From contig JACPCX010000122.1 in the NCBI GenBank assembly GCA_016184305.1, positions 1 through 56,247 on the forward strand: 56,247 nucleotides of DNA, read 5' to 3'. Made by a program: the position numbers and the translations under genes. This DNA is from Candidatus Rokuibacteriota bacterium (lineage in GTDB: Bacteria; Methylomirabilota; Methylomirabilia; Rokubacteriales; CSP1-6). Of the stretch, positions 21,221 through 30,987 are shown piece after piece (position 1 is the stretch's first letter; each line of letters opens with the position of its first letter). The notes under the pieces are model-generated. The model was given only the letters and a program-made list of their open reading frames with translations, did not search any database and was not told the DNA's origin.

Positions 21221-21787
21221 TTCGCGGGGCCCTTCGAGGTGTTCTCGCGCACGCGCCTCGTGCCGGGCGCGGCCTCCCGGCGCTCCGAGGAGAGCGCCCC
21301 CTTCAACGTCTTCACCGTGGCGAAGTCGCGCGCGCCGATCCAGACTACCGGGAACCTGGAGGTCGTGCCCCACCACGGCTTCGCGGACGCGCCGCGGATC
21401 GACCTGCTCCTGGTGCCGGGAGGGTGGGGGACGCGCCCGTTGCTCGACGATCGGGAGACGCTGGAATGGATCCGGGGCGCCGCGGCCACGGCGCGCCGGA
21501 CCACCTCGGTGTGTACCGGCTCGCTGCTGCTGGCGAAGATCGGGCTCCTCGCGGGCCGCCGGGCCACCACCCACTGGGCCGCCCTCGATCTGCTGGAGTC
21601 CCTCGGCGCGGGGGTGAAGGTGGAGCGGGCCCTCAGGGTGGTGGACGACGGGATCATCAGCTCGGCCGGCGTCGCCTCCGGCATCGACATGGCCTTCTAC
21701 GTCGTGGAGACGCTGTTCGGCAAGGCGGTTGCCGACGAGACGGCGCATTACATCGAGTACCGCCGCGTCACAGCAGCTTCTCCATGA
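21221..21787 (+). pseudogene. DJ-1/PfpI family protein (isonitrile hydratase-like), 5'-truncated
   Basis: FAGPFEVFS..LLVPGGWG..SVCTGS..ATTHW..SSAGVASGID; in-frame TGA at 21194 and no start upstream of the FAGP motif. Confidence 0.8.
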
Positions 21788-22394
21788 TCAGCGTGTCCAC
21801 CCACTTGCCGTCCAGCATTCCCTGCTCCTGGTAGACGCCCACCCGCCGGAAGCCGAGCCGCTCGTAGAGCGCCACGCCCGGCTCGTTGAAGGGGAAGGTC
21901 GAGAGCACCATCTTGTGGTAGCCGATCTCCCGCGCCAGCTCGATGAGCCAATCGAGGAGCCGGCGGCCCACGCCCTTGCCGCGCCACTCCCGCTCCACGT
22001 AGACGGAGAAGTCGGCCACGTGCTCGTAGGCCTTGCGCGGGTTGAACTGGTTGAGGCTGCCCCAGGCTATTACTACCATGGGACGGGCACCCGGGCTGTC
22101 GCCCGCCCGTCCCAGCGGCTCGCTCCGCTCGGGCGGCCCCGCGAGTCTGGCACCCGGGCTGTCGCCCGCCCGTCCCAGCGGCCCGCTCCGCTCGACGCGC
22201 TCGGGCACGCGGGCCTCGGCCACGATGACAGGGTGGCGATGGCTCCGGGAGGCCAGCCAGTGCCGCCGCTCGGCCGGCGTCCGCGGCTCGGTCTCGAGGG
22301 TGGCGATGCGGTCCTCGATCCCCTGGTTGTAGATGAGGCAGATGGCTTCCGCGTCCGCCTCGGCGGCGGGGCGGAGGGTGACGGCGGACGTCAC
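21768..22394 (-). CDS. GNAT acetyltransferase, phosphinothricin/arsinothricin (Pat/ArsN1)-like, with a ~40-aa in-frame repeat insertion
   Basis: IYNQGIEDRIATLET, SVYV...WRGKGVG, N.PGVALYERLGF, GKWVD. Confidence 0.88.
   Translation of the reverse strand: MTSAVTLRPAAEADAEAICLIYNQGIEDRIATLETEPRTPAERRHWLASRSHRHPVIVAEARVPERVERSGPLGRAGDSPGARLAGPPERSEPLGRAGDSPGARPMVVIAWGSLNQFNPRKAYEHVADFSVYVEREWRGKGVGRRLLDWLIELAREIGYHKMVLSTFPFNEPGVALYERLGFRRVGVYQEQGMLDGKWVDTLIMEKLL
22086..22194. repeat. Two 46-bp direct repeats (63-bp period) inside the GNAT gene
   Basis: ggcacccgggctgtcgcccgcccgtcccagcggc(t/c)cgctccgctcg at 22086 and 22149. Confidence 0.92.
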
Positions 22395-23368
22395 GTGGCG
22401 GGCTCCAGCTCCCGAGCGTCAAGGCGCCCGGCCCGGGCCAGCGCGGAGAACCTGTCGAGCGTCTTCCGGATGCCGTCGCGGAGCCCGGTTCGCGGGCGCG
22501 GCCCGAGGTCGCGCTGATAGCCCGTGTCCGCCAGCTCCGCGGGGAAGGGGATGGGCTGCTCGACGTGGGAGAGGAGGCCCCTGGCCTCGGGCCAGGCTTC
22601 CTCGATCATGCGCACGACGTCCGCGATCCTCGCCGACTCGCCGTGGAGGTTGTACACGCGGGCACCGTCGAGCGTGGAATCGGCAGCGGCGAGGCAGGCC
22701 TGGGCCACGTCGTCGGCATAGATGAGATCCGTGGCGCCGCCCCAGCGGATCTCGAAAGACCGTCCCAGCACGGCTGCCTTCAGGGCGAGCGTGGGGTCGG
22801 CGGTGAGGCCGAAGTCGCGGCCGGGCCCGTACACCGACAGCGGGCGGAAGCCCATGGACGCGATCCGGTGCTCCTCCCAGTAGATCCGCGCCGTCTCCTC
22901 GTTGGCGACCTTGTAGACGCCGTAATGCGTCGCGGGCTTCGGCGGGGCGTCGTCGCTGACCGGCCCCGGGCCGTAGAGGTGCGGCGGCCCGAACACCGCC
23001 GCGGAGGAGAAGTAGGTCACGCGGCCGACGCGATGCGCCTTGGCCGCTTCGAAGACGTTGGCCGTTCCCACCACGTTGACGAGGGCGCCATTCGAGGGAT
23101 CCTGCCGGCAGAGCGGCACCTGCCAGGCGGCCAGGTGGATGATGCGGGTGATGCCGTGGTCGCCGACGACCCGGACCACGGCGTCGCGGTCGGCGATGTC
23201 GCCGCGGACCACGACCAAATCCCTGAGCCGATCCGGCTCCACGATCATGCGCATCCGCCACGGGTCGTCGCTGAGGTCGTAGACCACCGGGCGCTCCCCG
23301 GCAGCCAGAAGCCGCTTGACCACCCAGGCTCCGATGCACCCGAAACCGCCCGTCACCAGAGTTGTCAT
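22391..23368 (-). CDS. NAD-dependent epimerase/dehydratase (extended SDR)
   Basis: TGGFGCIG, HLAA, NVVGT, SSAAV, YGVYK, VYGPG; GGAGGAG SD. Confidence 0.9.
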   Translation of the reverse strand: MTTLVTGGFGCIGAWVVKRLLAAGERPVVYDLSDDPWRMRMIVEPDRLRDLVVVRGDIADRDAVVRVVGDHGITRIIHLAAWQVPLCRQDPSNGALVNVVGTANVFEAAKAHRVGRVTYFSSAAVFGPPHLYGPGPVSDDAPPKPATHYGVYKVANEETARIYWEEHRIASMGFRPLSVYGPGRDFGLTADPTLALKAAVLGRSFEIRWGGATDLIYADDVAQACLAAADSTLDGARVYNLHGESARIADVVRMIEEAWPEARGLLSHVEQPIPFPAELADTGYQRDLGPRPRTGLRDGIRKTLDRFSALARAGRLDARELEPAT

Positions 23369-23540
23369 CGCTCCTCCACATGGGCGGGCACCCTGGATTC
23401 GCCACGCCCGGCCCCGCCGGATTCTCGCTCCCCGTTTGACCTTCGCGTGGCGAGAACTGCCCCCACCCGTCGCGCGAGGCCCGCCGAAGTTCTACACCGG
23501 GGCGGTGCCCCGTTGGCGTCATTTGGGTATAATGCAGGTC

Positions 23541-24269
23541 GTGTTCGACAGCAAGCGCTTCTTCGAGGAGTCGTGGCCCAAGATCTCCCAGGGCTTCGAA
23601 TCCGACGCGGACGCCGAGGCGGAGATCGCATGGATCCTCGGGCACGCACAGCCGCCAGCAGGGGGATCCGTGCTCGATGCCCCATGCGGGTTCGGGCGCC
23701 ACTCCCTGGCCCTGGCTCGCAGGGGCTTCGCCGTCACCGGCGTGGACCTGAGCGAGACGGAGCTGGTGCGCGCCCGGGAGCGGGCGGCGGCGGCGGGCGT
23801 GACGCTCCGCCTCGTGCAGCAGGACATGCGCGACATGGACTTCTCGGCCGAGTTCGACCTCGCGCTCAACCTCTTCTCGAGCATCGGCTACTTCTCCGAC
23901 GACGAGGACCGGCTGCTGCTGGACCGGTTCTGCCTCGCGTTGAAGCCCGGCGGCACCTTCGTGCTGGACACCAGGAACCGCGACCACTTCATCCGCACCT
24001 GCGCCGCCGACGAGACCTACGCGCTGCCGGCGGGGAAGGTGACCATCAAGAACCGGATCGATCTCACGACGAGCCGGGTCCACGGCGAGTGGTGGCTCGA
24101 GGACGGGCACCGCGGTCTGGGAGAGACCGAATTCCGTCTGTACTCCGCGCACGAGCTCTACCGCATGCTGCGCCCCGAGCGGTGGTCGCGGGTCGAGCTG
24201 TTCGGCGATCTCGACGGCCGCCGCTTCGAGCTCGACTCTCCCCGCCTCGTCCTCGTCGCCACCAAGTAA
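23541..24269 (+). CDS. Class I SAM-dependent methyltransferase
   Basis: VLDAPCGFGRH, VTGVDLS, DMRD, LKPGG; GTG start 7 nt after TATAAT (23528-23533). Confidence 0.88.
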   Translation: MFDSKRFFEESWPKISQGFESDADAEAEIAWILGHAQPPAGGSVLDAPCGFGRHSLALARRGFAVTGVDLSETELVRARERAAAAGVTLRLVQQDMRDMDFSAEFDLALNLFSSIGYFSDDEDRLLLDRFCLALKPGGTFVLDTRNRDHFIRTCAADETYALPAGKVTIKNRIDLTTSRVHGEWWLEDGHRGLGETEFRLYSAHELYRMLRPERWSRVELFGDLDGRRFELDSPRLVLVATK

Positions 24270-24279
24270 GGAGCCCTGC

Positions 24280-25260
24280 GTGAAGCCATTCGTCGTCGTC
24301 GGCGGAGCCATTCACCCCGATGGGATCACCCAGCTCGAGACCGAGGCCCGCGTGGTCGTGACCGAGGAGATCACCGAGGCGGGCATGATCCGCGCCGCCA
24401 AGGAGGCGGACGGCATCCTCTTCCGCATCAAGCCCCCCTGCAGCCGGTCGCTGATGGCCGCGTGCCCCAAGCTCAAGGTCGTCGGACGCTACGGCGTGGG
24501 GCTCGACACGGTGGACCTCCCCGCCGCGACGGCCCTGGGGGTCGCCGTCGTGCACGCGCCGGGGTCGAATTCCGACTCGGTGGCCGAGCATGCCCTCATG
24601 CTGATCCTGGCCTGCGCCAAGCGGACCATCGTGCTCGACCGCTTGACCCGCAAGTCCGACTGGTCCCCCACCCGCTGGAAGGGGCTCACCGAGATCAAGG
24701 GCATGACCCTCGGCATTATCGGAGTGGGGAATATCGGCCGGCGCGTGGCGCGGATGGGCGCCGCTTTCGGGCTCCGGGTGCTCGGCTACGACCCCTACGT
24801 GGCGCCGGACGAGCTGAGGGCGCGGGGCGCCGAGCCCGTCGCGGATCTGGCAACGCTACTGAGCCAGGCCGACATCGTGACCTGCCACACGCCCCACACG
24901 CCCGAGACCCACCACATGATCAACGCGGCGGCCGTCGGTCAGATGAAGGACGGCGTCATCTTCGTCAACACCTCCCGCGGCAAGACCCAGGACGAGAGCG
25001 CGCTCCTGGCCGGCCTCGGCAGCGGCAAGATCCGCGCGGCCGGCATGGACGTGTTCGAGGAGGAGCCGGTGTCCTCGGACAACCCGCTGCTCCATCTCGA
25101 CAATGTCGTGGTGAGCTCCCACATCGCCGGCGTCACCGAGCAGGCGCACCGCCACATCGGACTCCAGGTGACGGCCGAGATGCTCCGGGTGCTGCGCGGC
25201 GAGCGGCCCACCGTGCTCGGCAATCCCGACCTCTGGCCCAAGCTCGCCCACCTCAGCTAA
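24280..25260 (+). CDS. D-2-hydroxyacid dehydrogenase (SerA-like, no ACT domain)
   Basis: GVGLD, SVAEH, GVGNIG, NTSRG, DVFEEEP, SHIAG. Confidence 0.92.
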   Translation: MKPFVVVGGAIHPDGITQLETEARVVVTEEITEAGMIRAAKEADGILFRIKPPCSRSLMAACPKLKVVGRYGVGLDTVDLPAATALGVAVVHAPGSNSDSVAEHALMLILACAKRTIVLDRLTRKSDWSPTRWKGLTEIKGMTLGIIGVGNIGRRVARMGAAFGLRVLGYDPYVAPDELRARGAEPVADLATLLSQADIVTCHTPHTPETHHMINAAAVGQMKDGVIFVNTSRGKTQDESALLAGLGSGKIRAAGMDVFEEEPVSSDNPLLHLDNVVVSSHIAGVTEQAHRHIGLQVTAEMLRVLRGERPTVLGNPDLWPKLAHLS

Positions 25261-25315
25261 GCGGCGACAGCAGGCGCGGGGGCGGGCACAGGCTCTCTCG
25301 CGCCGGGAGGGGACC

Positions 25316-26104
25316 ATGCCCATCGACGCGCGCCACCCGAAGGAGATCCGGGCCGACATCCGCCGGGGCGCCTTGGCCGGCGTCACCGCCGGACTCGCGC
25401 CGGGATTCGTCCAGGCCAACCTCGCGATCCTGCCGAAGGAGAACGCCTACGATTTCCTCCTGTTCTGCCAGCGCAATCCGCGCCCGTGCCCGCTCATCGA
25501 GGTGACGGACATGGGCTCCCCCGAGCCCGTCGGGGTTGCGCCCGGGGCCGATCTGCGGACCGACATCCCGAGATACCGCATCTACAAGGACGGCGCGCTC
25601 GCGGATGAGGTCACCGACATCACGCCCTTCTGGCGCGACGACCTCGTGTCCTTCCTCCTGGGCTGCTCGTTCACCTTCGAGTGGGCGCTGCTGGATGCGG
25701 GGATCCCGATGCGCCACATCGAGGAGGGGAAGAACGTGGCCATGTGGAAGACCTCCATCGCCTGCCGGCCGGCCGGGCGCTTCCACGGGCCCACGGTCGT
25801 GTCCATGCGCCCGATCCCGCAGGCGATGCTCGCGAAGGCCGTGACCGCCTCGGCGCGCTTTCCCGGCGCCCACGGCGCGCCCATCCACGTGGGCGACCCC
25901 GCCGCCATCGGCATCGCCGACGTCACGAAGCCCGACTGGGGCGACTTCGTCGGCATCCGGCCCGGCGAGGTCCCGGTGTTCTGGGCCTGCGGGGTGACCC
26001 CGCAGGCCGTGGCGCTGGCCTCGAAGCCCGCCTTCATGATCACCCACAGCCCGGGGCACATGTTCATCACGGACCTTCCGAACCATGCCCTCGCCGTCAT
26101 CTAG
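25316..26104 (+). CDS. DUF1445/YcsI putative hydro-lyase (D-glutamate cyclase family)
   Basis: QANL, FCQRNPRPCPL, DLRTDIPRYR, GCSFTFE, HGAPIH, PVFWACGVTPQ, ITHSPGHM. Confidence 0.92.
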   Translation: MPIDARHPKEIRADIRRGALAGVTAGLAPGFVQANLAILPKENAYDFLLFCQRNPRPCPLIEVTDMGSPEPVGVAPGADLRTDIPRYRIYKDGALADEVTDITPFWRDDLVSFLLGCSFTFEWALLDAGIPMRHIEEGKNVAMWKTSIACRPAGRFHGPTVVSMRPIPQAMLAKAVTASARFPGAHGAPIHVGDPAAIGIADVTKPDWGDFVGIRPGEVPVFWACGVTPQAVALASKPAFMITHSPGHMFITDLPNHALAVI

Positions 26105-26117
26105 GGGCCCGCGGCGG

Positions 26118-26864
26118 GTGGCGATCTCTCCCGAGCCGCGCTTCCTGCCCTGCGGCGACGTCGCGGTGTCAGTCGAGCTGGGCGAGGAGATCAGTCGCGA
26201 GGTCAACGCCCGCGTCCTGGCGCTGGAGTACCTGATCGGGCAGACGGCGCTGGCGGGCGTCACCGAGACCGTCCCCACCTTCCGCGCGCTGCTCGTCTAC
26301 TACGACCCGCTCGTCGTCGGCTACGAGGCCCTGTGCGCCACGCTCGGCAGTCTCGTGGCCCAGGCGCGGCCCGAGTTGCTGCCGCCGGCGCGCATCGTGG
26401 AGCTGCCCTGCTGCTATGGGGGTGAGCTCGGTTTCGAGCTGGACGCCGCCGCGGCCAAGCTGGGGCTCCCTCCCGACGAGGTGGCGCGACTGCACGCCTC
26501 GGCCGACTACTACGTGTTCTTCGTCGGCTTCACCCCGGGGTTGCCGTACATGACGGGCATGCCGGAGCGGCTCACCATCCCTCGGCTAGAGTCCCCCCGC
26601 ACGAGCACGCCTCCCGGCAGCGTGGGCATCGGCGGAACCCAGTGCTCCGTCTACTCGGTCGAGAGTCCCGGCGGCTTCTGGGTGCTGGGCCGCACCCCGC
26701 TCCGGCTCTACGACCCGGCCGCCCCCGATCCGATCCTGCTCCGCGCGGGGGATCACGTGCGCTTCCGCTTCATCGCCCACGCCGAGTTCGACGCCATCGC
26801 CGCCCAGGTGGCCGCCGGGACGCACCGACCGCGCATCGAGCAGGGCGAGCAGGGCTCGCGGTGA
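26118..26864 (+). CDS. pxpB: 5-oxoprolinase subunit B (KipI/AHS1)
   Basis: GFTPGLPY, PRLESPR, GSVGIGG, SPGGF, GRTP. Confidence 0.9.
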   Translation: MAISPEPRFLPCGDVAVSVELGEEISREVNARVLALEYLIGQTALAGVTETVPTFRALLVYYDPLVVGYEALCATLGSLVAQARPELLPPARIVELPCCYGGELGFELDAAAAKLGLPPDEVARLHASADYYVFFVGFTPGLPYMTGMPERLTIPRLESPRTSTPPGSVGIGGTQCSVYSVESPGGFWVLGRTPLRLYDPAAPDPILLRAGDHVRFRFIAHAEFDAIAAQVAAGTHRPRIEQGEQGSR

Positions 26865-27790
26865 GCCGGCTCGTCGTCCGCGACGCGGGACCGTTCACGA
26901 CCGTGCAGGACCTCGGGCGGCCCGGGTACCTGCGCGTGGGCATCCCGCCGTCGGGGCCCATGGACCGCGAGGCGTTCATCCTTGCCAACCGGCTGGTGGG
27001 CAACGCGGACGGGGCGGCGGCGCTGGAGTCCACGTTCAGCGGGCCGCGCGTCGAGTTCTTCGACGAGCGGCTCGTGGCGATCACGGGCGCCGACATGCCC
27101 GTCACGCTCGACGGCGCCGCCGCCCCGCGCTGGGAGTCGTTCCGCGTGCGGGCGGGCGGCGTGCTCCGCCTCGGGGCCGCCCGCTGGGGCGTGCGCTGCT
27201 ACCTCGCGGTTTCCGGCGGGATCGACACGCCGCCGGCCCTGGGCTCGCGGGCCACCTACGTCCGCGGCCGGCTCGGCGGTCTCGGGGGGCGCACGCTCCA
27301 GAAAGGCGACGCGCTGCCGCTGGGGCGCGCGGGCGCGAGCCGGCCTGCGCGCGTCACGCGGGAGCATGTCCCGGACTACACGATCGAGCCCGACGTCCGT
27401 GTGGTGCTCGGCCCGCAAGACGACCGCTTCACCCCGGCGGGGATCGCGGCCTTTCTCGAGGGGCCGTACGAAATGCTGCCACAGTCGGACCGCATGGGCG
27501 CCCGCTTCCGCGGCCCGCGCATCGAGCACGCGCGCGGGCACGACATCGTCTCCGACGGCGTGGCGCTGGGCGGCATCCAGGTCATCGGCGAAGGGCAGCC
27601 CATCGTGCTCCTGGTGGATCGTCAGTCCACGGGGGGCTACACCAAGATCGCCACGGTCTGCTCCTTCGACATCGGGCGGGTGGGGCAGGTGAAGCCCGGG
27701 CAGCGTCTGCGCTTCCGGCGCGTCACCGTGGGTGAGGCCCACGCCATCCTGCGCTCGCGTCGCCGGGAGCTCGACACCGCGATAGAGTAG
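26861..27790 (+). CDS. pxpC: 5-oxoprolinase subunit C (KipA/AHS2)
   Basis: TVQDLGRPG, GPMD, ANRLVGN, GPQDD, SDRMG, DRQSTGGYTKI; GTGA overlap with pxpB. Confidence 0.9.
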   Translation: MSRLVVRDAGPFTTVQDLGRPGYLRVGIPPSGPMDREAFILANRLVGNADGAAALESTFSGPRVEFFDERLVAITGADMPVTLDGAAAPRWESFRVRAGGVLRLGAARWGVRCYLAVSGGIDTPPALGSRATYVRGRLGGLGGRTLQKGDALPLGRAGASRPARVTREHVPDYTIEPDVRVVLGPQDDRFTPAGIAAFLEGPYEMLPQSDRMGARFRGPRIEHARGHDIVSDGVALGGIQVIGEGQPIVLLVDRQSTGGYTKIATVCSFDIGRVGQVKPGQRLRFRRVTVGEAHAILRSRRRELDTAIE

Positions 27791-27828
27791 CCCGTCACCC
27801 TGACCCTCTTCCCTGAGGGGGAAGGGGG
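27791..27828. repeat. REP-like hairpin of the ccctcaccc...ctctccc...gggagaggg type
   Basis: cccgtcaccctgaccctcttccctgagggggaagggg; related degenerate copy at 36658-36692. Confidence 0.6.
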
Positions 27829-27855
27829 CGAGAGAAGAGAGAGAAGGAGGTCCCC

Positions 27856-29181
27856 ATGATCGAGAACGAGATCGACGACTACAAGGCCAAGACCCCGCGC
27901 TCCCGCGCCCTCTTCGAGGAGGCGCTGCGCGTGATGCCCGGCGGCAACAGCCGCACCACGACCTTCTTCGACCCGTACCCCTTCTACATCGCGCGTGGGG
28001 CGGGCGCGCGGATCTGGGACGCCGACGGCGTCGAGCGGCTTGACTTCAACGGGAATTACACGAGCCTGATCCTCGGCCACGCCCATCCCGCCGTGGTCAC
28101 GGCGATCCAGGAGACGGCCGCCCACGGCATGTCCTTCCCGGGGCCGAGCGAGCTCGAGATCAGGCTGGCCGAGATCCTGACGCAACGCATCCCCGCCATG
28201 GAGGCGATCCGCTTCGCCAACTCGGGTACGGAGGCCACCATGCACGCGATCCGCGTGGCGCGGGCCTTCACGGGCCGGTCGAAGATCGCCAAGTTCGAGG
28301 GCGCCTATCACGGCACCCACGACTGGGTCCTCGTGAGCGTCTCGCCGGACCCGGCCCAGGCCGGCTCACGCAAGCGCCCGAAGTCCGTGGCGTGGTCGGC
28401 CGGCGTGCCGCCCGCGGTGCTCAAGCACGTGCTCGTGCTTCCCTGGAACGATCTCGCCTCCTGCACCGCCATTCTCGAGAAGCACGCTGTGGATCTGGCC
28501 GCCCTCATCATCGACCCCATGCTCGCCAATGCGGGGATGGTCCCGGCGCGCGAGGGTTTCCTCGAGGGGCTCAGGGAGGTGACGGCGCGCCTCGGGATCC
28601 TCCTCATCTTCGACGAGGTGATCTCCTTCCGGGTGGCCTCGGGCGGCGCCCAGGAACGTTTCGGAATCCGCCCCGACCTCACCACCCTCGGCAAGATCAT
28701 CGGCGGTGGGCTCGCGGTGGGCGCCTTCGGCGGGCGCGCGGACGTGATGAACTTCTACGACCCGCGCGGGGGGCGCGGGCGGATCAACCACGGCGGCACC
28801 TTCAACGCCAACCCGCTCACCATGGCAGGAGGCGTGGCCACCCTGGAGCAGCTCACCGCGCAGGCGTATGCGCGGCTCGACGCCCTCGGCAATCGGCTGC
28901 GGGACGGCGTGACGCGCATGCTCAAGCGGAAGAAGCACCCGGGGCAGGTGACCGGCACGGGCTCCCTCTTCTGGCTCCACTGGACCAAACGGCAGCTCAG
29001 TGACTTTCGCTCCGCGCGACCGGACGACTCGACGGTGCCGCAACAGGTCTTCATGGGGCTCGTCAACGAGGGCGTGCTGATGTCGCAGCGCGGGCTCGGC
29101 GCCTGCTCGCTCGTCATGACCGATGCCGAGGTGGATCGCTTCGTCGAGGCGCTGGGCCGCGTCCTCGACCGGGTAGGCTAG
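27856..29181 (+). CDS. Class III PLP aminotransferase (glutamate-1-semialdehyde aminomutase-like)
   Basis: MPGGN, LGHAHP, NSGTEA, GAYHG, FDEVI, GKIIGGG, GTFNANP; AAGGAGG SD. Confidence 0.9.
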   Translation: MIENEIDDYKAKTPRSRALFEEALRVMPGGNSRTTTFFDPYPFYIARGAGARIWDADGVERLDFNGNYTSLILGHAHPAVVTAIQETAAHGMSFPGPSELEIRLAEILTQRIPAMEAIRFANSGTEATMHAIRVARAFTGRSKIAKFEGAYHGTHDWVLVSVSPDPAQAGSRKRPKSVAWSAGVPPAVLKHVLVLPWNDLASCTAILEKHAVDLAALIIDPMLANAGMVPAREGFLEGLREVTARLGILLIFDEVISFRVASGGAQERFGIRPDLTTLGKIIGGGLAVGAFGGRADVMNFYDPRGGRGRINHGGTFNANPLTMAGGVATLEQLTAQAYARLDALGNRLRDGVTRMLKRKKHPGQVTGTGSLFWLHWTKRQLSDFRSARPDDSTVPQQVFMGLVNEGVLMSQRGLGACSLVMTDAEVDRFVEALGRVLDRVG

Positions 29182-29951
29182 GCCATGGCGCCGCCGTCCA
29201 CCGTGTAGAGGCCGCCGTTGATGAAGGAGGCGCCCGGGCCGCAGAGGAACACGACCAGCTCGGCCACCTCCGTGGGCGTCCCGTAGCGCCGCATGGGGAT
29301 CGTCGTCTCGAACCGCCGCCGGGCCGCGTCCTCGTCCCTGGCGTTGAAGCCCACGTGGAGCGCTTGGGCCATGGCCGTCTCGATGGGGGCGGGGCAGATG
29401 GCGTTCACGCGGATCCCGTGGCGCGCCAGCTCGAGGGCCGCGGTGCGGGTGATTCCCACCACCGCGTGCTTGCTCGCCGTGTAGGCGACGAGGTTGGGCG
29501 ACCCCCGGAGGCCCGCGATGGAGGCGGTGTTGACGATGGCGCCGCCCCCGCGCTGCCGGATCGCCGGCACCACGTAGCGGAGCCCGAGCCACACGCCCTT
29601 GAGGTTGACCGCGATGACCCGGTCGAAGACCTCTTCCGGGTACTCCGTCAGCGGCGCGACGTCGCCCAGAATGCCCGCGTTGTTGAAGAAGCAGTCGATG
29701 CCGCCAAAGCGCTCGACCGTAGCCGCCACGTAGCGCTGGACCTCCGCGGCCCGGGTCACGTCGGCCTCCACGGTGAGAGCCTCGCCGCCGGCCCGCTTCA
29801 CGGCGGCCGCGCTCTCCTGGAGCCCCGCCGGCGCCACGTCCACCAGCACGACGCGCGCCCCTTCCGAAACGAATCGCAGGGCGGCTGCGCGCCCGATTCC
29901 GCCCCCGCCGCCCGTGATGACGACCACCTTGTGCTCGTAGTCCCCGGCCAT
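29178..29951 (-). CDS. Short-chain dehydrogenase/reductase
   Basis: TGGGGGIG, NNAG, YTASK, VNAICP, VDGG; shares a CTAG stop site with the convergent aminotransferase. Confidence 0.92.
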   Translation of the reverse strand: MAGDYEHKVVVITGGGGGIGRAAALRFVSEGARVVLVDVAPAGLQESAAAVKRAGGEALTVEADVTRAAEVQRYVAATVERFGGIDCFFNNAGILGDVAPLTEYPEEVFDRVIAVNLKGVWLGLRYVVPAIRQRGGGAIVNTASIAGLRGSPNLVAYTASKHAVVGITRTAALELARHGIRVNAICPAPIETAMAQALHVGFNARDEDAARRRFETTIPMRRYGTPTEVAELVVFLCGPGASFINGGLYTVDGGAMA

Positions 29952-30111
29952 GTCGATCCCCCCCGTGATGTGGTGTCGGCGCCTCGTGGGTGTCGTGCCT
30001 TCCGCCCGCCGAGTATAATGCGCCCCGCGGTTTCACGTTGGCGAGGTACTCTTGGAATCGAAGGGCAGCGAGGGCACCGACTCAGGACCCGCGAGAGAAG
30101 GAGCCACCGAC

Positions 30112-30885
30112 ATGGCGAAGATCATCGATCTCAACTGCGATATGGGGGAGTCCTACGGGCGCTGGACGCTCGGGGCCGACGAGGCCGTCATGCCGTTCAT
30201 CACCTCGGCGAACGTGGCCTGCGGCTTCCACGGCGGGGATCCGCACGTGATCCGCAAGACCGTGGAGCTGGCGCTCAAGCACGGCGTCGCCGTGGGCTCC
30301 CACCCGGGGCTGCCGGACCTCATGGGCTTCGGCCGGCGGCAGATGGACGTGACGCCCCAGGAGGTGCGCGACTACATGTGCTACCAGACCGGTGCCCTGC
30401 GCGAGTATCTCCGCGTGGCCGGGGCCGATGTCCAGCACGTGAAGCCGCACGGCGTCCTCTACAACATGATGGAGGCCGACGAGGCGCTGGCGGCGGCAGC
30501 GGGGCAGGCCGCGATGGACTCGGGGCTGATCCTGATGACGCTCGCCTCGGGCAAGTACGACGCGACCTGCCGGAAGATGGGCGCCCGCGTCGCCTCCGAG
30601 GGGTTCGCCGACCGCGCCTACAACGTGGACGGGACGCTGGTGTCGCGGAAGACTCCGGGCTCGGTCATCACCGATCCCGCCAGGGCCGCGGCCCAGGCGG
30701 TGAAGATGGCCATGGAGGGCAAGGTGCGAACGCTCGATGGCGTCGAGATCGACATCTCCATCCAGACCATCTGCTGCCACGGCGATACCCCGGGCGCCGA
30801 CAGAAACGTGCGGGCGGTTCGCGAGGCGCTGGAGAAGACCGGCTGCCAGGTGAAGCCACTGCGCGACTGGCTTCCCACGGCATAG
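30112..30885 (+). CDS. pxpA: 5-oxoprolinase subunit A (LamB/YcsF)
   Basis: DLNCDMGES, ANVACGFHGGD, HP...GFGRR, HVKPHG, FADRAY, HGD. Confidence 0.93.
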   Translation: MAKIIDLNCDMGESYGRWTLGADEAVMPFITSANVACGFHGGDPHVIRKTVELALKHGVAVGSHPGLPDLMGFGRRQMDVTPQEVRDYMCYQTGALREYLRVAGADVQHVKPHGVLYNMMEADEALAAAAGQAAMDSGLILMTLASGKYDATCRKMGARVASEGFADRAYNVDGTLVSRKTPGSVITDPARAAAQAVKMAMEGKVRTLDGVEIDISIQTICCHGDTPGADRNVRAVREALEKTGCQVKPLRDWLPTA

Positions 30886-30987
30886 CGGGAGCTGGTGCAA
30901 CAGAAGCTTCGCCCCTGGCGCGTTCGTGTAGATAATGGGACGAGACGGTCATGCGCCGGCTCGATCCACACGGAAGGGGGAGTCCAC

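Noticed and set aside
24280..25260. Calling the dehydrogenase serA
   Set aside because: No regulatory domains; the substrate cannot be assigned from motifs.
27856..29181. Calling the aminotransferase hemL
   Set aside because: GSA-like, but the N-terminal motif is divergent (PGGNSRTT) and the context is catabolic rather than tetrapyrrole synthesis.
30020..30105. Riboswitch in the pxpA leader
   Set aside because: Only a short closing stem (cgcgg/ccgcg) and no recognisable consensus; too weak to report.
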